Origin: Catajapyx aquilonaris
Taxonomy: Eukaryota
DNA: 39,072 nucleotides
Direction of reading: 5' to 3'
NCBI GenBank assembly: GCA_000934665.2
Contig: JYFJ02003676.1
Coordinates: 1 to 39,072 of the forward strand
Shown here: positions 37,001 through 39,072 of the stretch, one piece after another
Position numbering within the stretch: position 1 is the first letter of the stretch
Layout of the letters: every line of letters begins with the position of its first letter
The notes under the pieces: generated by a model
The model's database searches: none
Told to the model about the DNA's origin: nothing
What the model saw: only the letters and a program-made list of their open reading frames with translations
Translations under genes and position numbers: made by a program

Positions 37001-39072
37001 GTCAAATGAGATACTTTATTGGCAAGTGGTCATGAGGATCCGGGAGTAAATCCGACTTATCGGGATAGGCTTATAAGGATGAAAAAGTGTGATTCATTTG
37101 GTCCAACTAGCTTTTGTTCTACGCAACGAGTGATAATAGAAAAGGCTTAAAATCCCCCCCTCCTCCCCTCCCACTAACTCCTTTCCCTCTCCCCCTTACC
37201 CCTACCCCCAGAAGCCTCTTTCCCTTACCCCCTTCCAAGAGCACGTAATTAAAATTGACGCTAGAGCGTTGGAACAGCTGGGAAGTTGCATGTGGCAGTT
37301 ACCATGGTGACGCGAGGGCGGAAAGAGGGTTTTCTGGCATTGGGATAGTGGGAGAGGGGGAAGGGAGGGAGGGGGAAGGGAGGGAGGGGATCCTGGGAAG
37401 GCTTTCGTGGTTACCATTTATTCTTCATGCTTACAACGTCTTCAGAACACCACCTTACTGGGAGTCGGAGAGAGTAGGTATAGAGGAAGTTGGCGGAATT
37501 TCTTGCTCGCGCAAAAGAGATGGAGCAAAAAAAAAAAGTGTCTTCACTACGGTTAACAACCGCAGAAGGTGGCAAAGGCTAGGTCAAATCTGTGCCCCAC
37601 CTTCTTTTGCGCTCTGCAAAAACGTTATAGTCGCGACAAATGCGCTGAGAAATGAGAGCAAGATGTGTCGGTCGCTGTGCCAGAAATGCGCGGTGACGTA
37701 TTGTGTCAAAAATGGTCTCTGGTACGATGGAGCCATGCCAGTCCTTTAAACGAGAGAATGGACTGACGTCATAGCAGTCGTGTTTTCTGAGCATGCGCAG
37801 CGGAATGATTCGGGGACTTTGATAGGAGGCGTGACAAGCGCTGATGAGAGTATATCTATTTTTTTTTTTACATTCTCGGGAATGACGATTTTGTGACTGT
37901 CGATTTCACATGAGGCAATTTGGCCCTCCAGCGACTGGCGATCTCAGGTCCCGACCAATAGCGACATCTAGTTCCCCCCATCGCCTGTCGCGGCCGCAAA
38001 GGACAACTTAATGTGGAATGGAATGGTCCCATAAAAAGGGAGCGATGGTTGTAGATGGCGGTCAGAGTGGACTGAGCAAAAGCAGAATGACAAGAGGCAG
38101 GCAGATGGACCCCATCAGCGAAATGGAGGAGGAGAAGAAGGCAGCAGCTAAGAGCAGCGTAGGGCAGAGGCAGGGGCACAGTGCAGTGTAGAGAGAGAGG
38201 GAGAGAGAGAGAGAGGTGGGCCATAATGAGGGCAAACAGAATTAGGCTTTGCAGAGTGGGCAAAGCCCGAGGACAAGGGAGGGGGACTTTGAATCCCTCC
38301 TTTGCGAGTGGCTCCCGCGGCACAAAGGAACGGCCGCTCAGTATGAGGAGGCCGAGGCTGCACTTGCCCACTGCTCTGCCCCTTCCGCCCATACAAAGCA
38401 GCCTCGCCACCACCCACACCCCACCTCCCTCCAACCTCCTTTACCTCCTCACCTGCCCTCCCTTGCCTCCCACACTATACGAGTAATGTGTATAGACTTC
38501 TCCGCCGGGCCAAACCAACCGGCAGCGGCAAGGCCTCTTCTTGGACTAATAATGCTGTTTCTCCACTGCCAGCCCTTGATTCGGACACTGTTTCTCAGAT
38601 TCGCACTTTGCTGCTTCATAAGTCTCGCTTTTTTGTTGAATATTTTGATCCCTTCATCGCGGTTGTGGCTTTCTGAAAAAGTGACTTTACCGGAATTGGT
38701 TTAGCTGGTGGCGTTTCTGCTGATTGAGGTAGGGGGCCGGGATTAGATAGTAAAAGTACTTGCGATTTTTGGTGAATCGTGTTCATGACTGCATATCCTT
38801 ACTGGATGATGTAATTATTGGCGTAATTTAATATTATTAATAGTATTAATTAGGCTATATAAATTATTTCGAATATGAATTAGTAATTAATTGCACAATT
38901 AGATAACCCTTTAAATGTCATTTAACGCATGGCGGAGTTTCTGCACCTTTTCAGGTAGCGTACAAAAAATGGTCTGTTATTTTCAAACAATTAAGACAAT
39001 GGCGATATTACTAACATCAGTGTCAATAATCAAATATTTGTTATTCAAAATTATTATTTTAATAGCATTTTC

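Noticed and set aside
7620..38704. The many 60-190 aa ORFs in the islands
   Set aside because: They are low-complexity products of microsatellites and G/C tracts, overlap on both strands and show no known domains. Small exons could still have been missed.

Overview
Eukaryotic, most likely invertebrate (arthropod-like), genomic DNA. The only recognisable protein-coding gene is an intron-containing PCMTD1/PCMTD2-family gene on the minus strand (protein-L-isoaspartate O-methyltransferase domain plus SOCS/BC-box). Four coding exons are visible (5378-5072, 3811-3677, 3611-3318, 2880-2453), all with GT-AG boundaries and compatible phases. The C-terminal Cul5-box is not found and probably lies left of the window. 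A housekeeping-type promoter (two DRE-like motifs, Ohler motif 8) sits at about 6460-6520. The gene body is CpG-depleted, while the upstream DNA is not. The remaining ~32 kb contain no recognisable CDS. They alternate between GC-richer islands (purine/pyrimidine tracts, microsatellites, homeodomain-type TAATTA motifs) and AT-rich spacers with small inverted-repeat elements (pogo- and piggyBac-like MITEs, a near-perfect hairpin, a palindromic 37-bp minisatellite). A Tc1-like MITE and a ~430-bp foldback lie downstream of the last visible exon. The upstream layout resembles the cis-regulatory landscape of a developmental gene lying outside the window. No prokaryotic system, CRISPR array or RNA gene is supported. 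All counts were made by eye and need computational confirmation.
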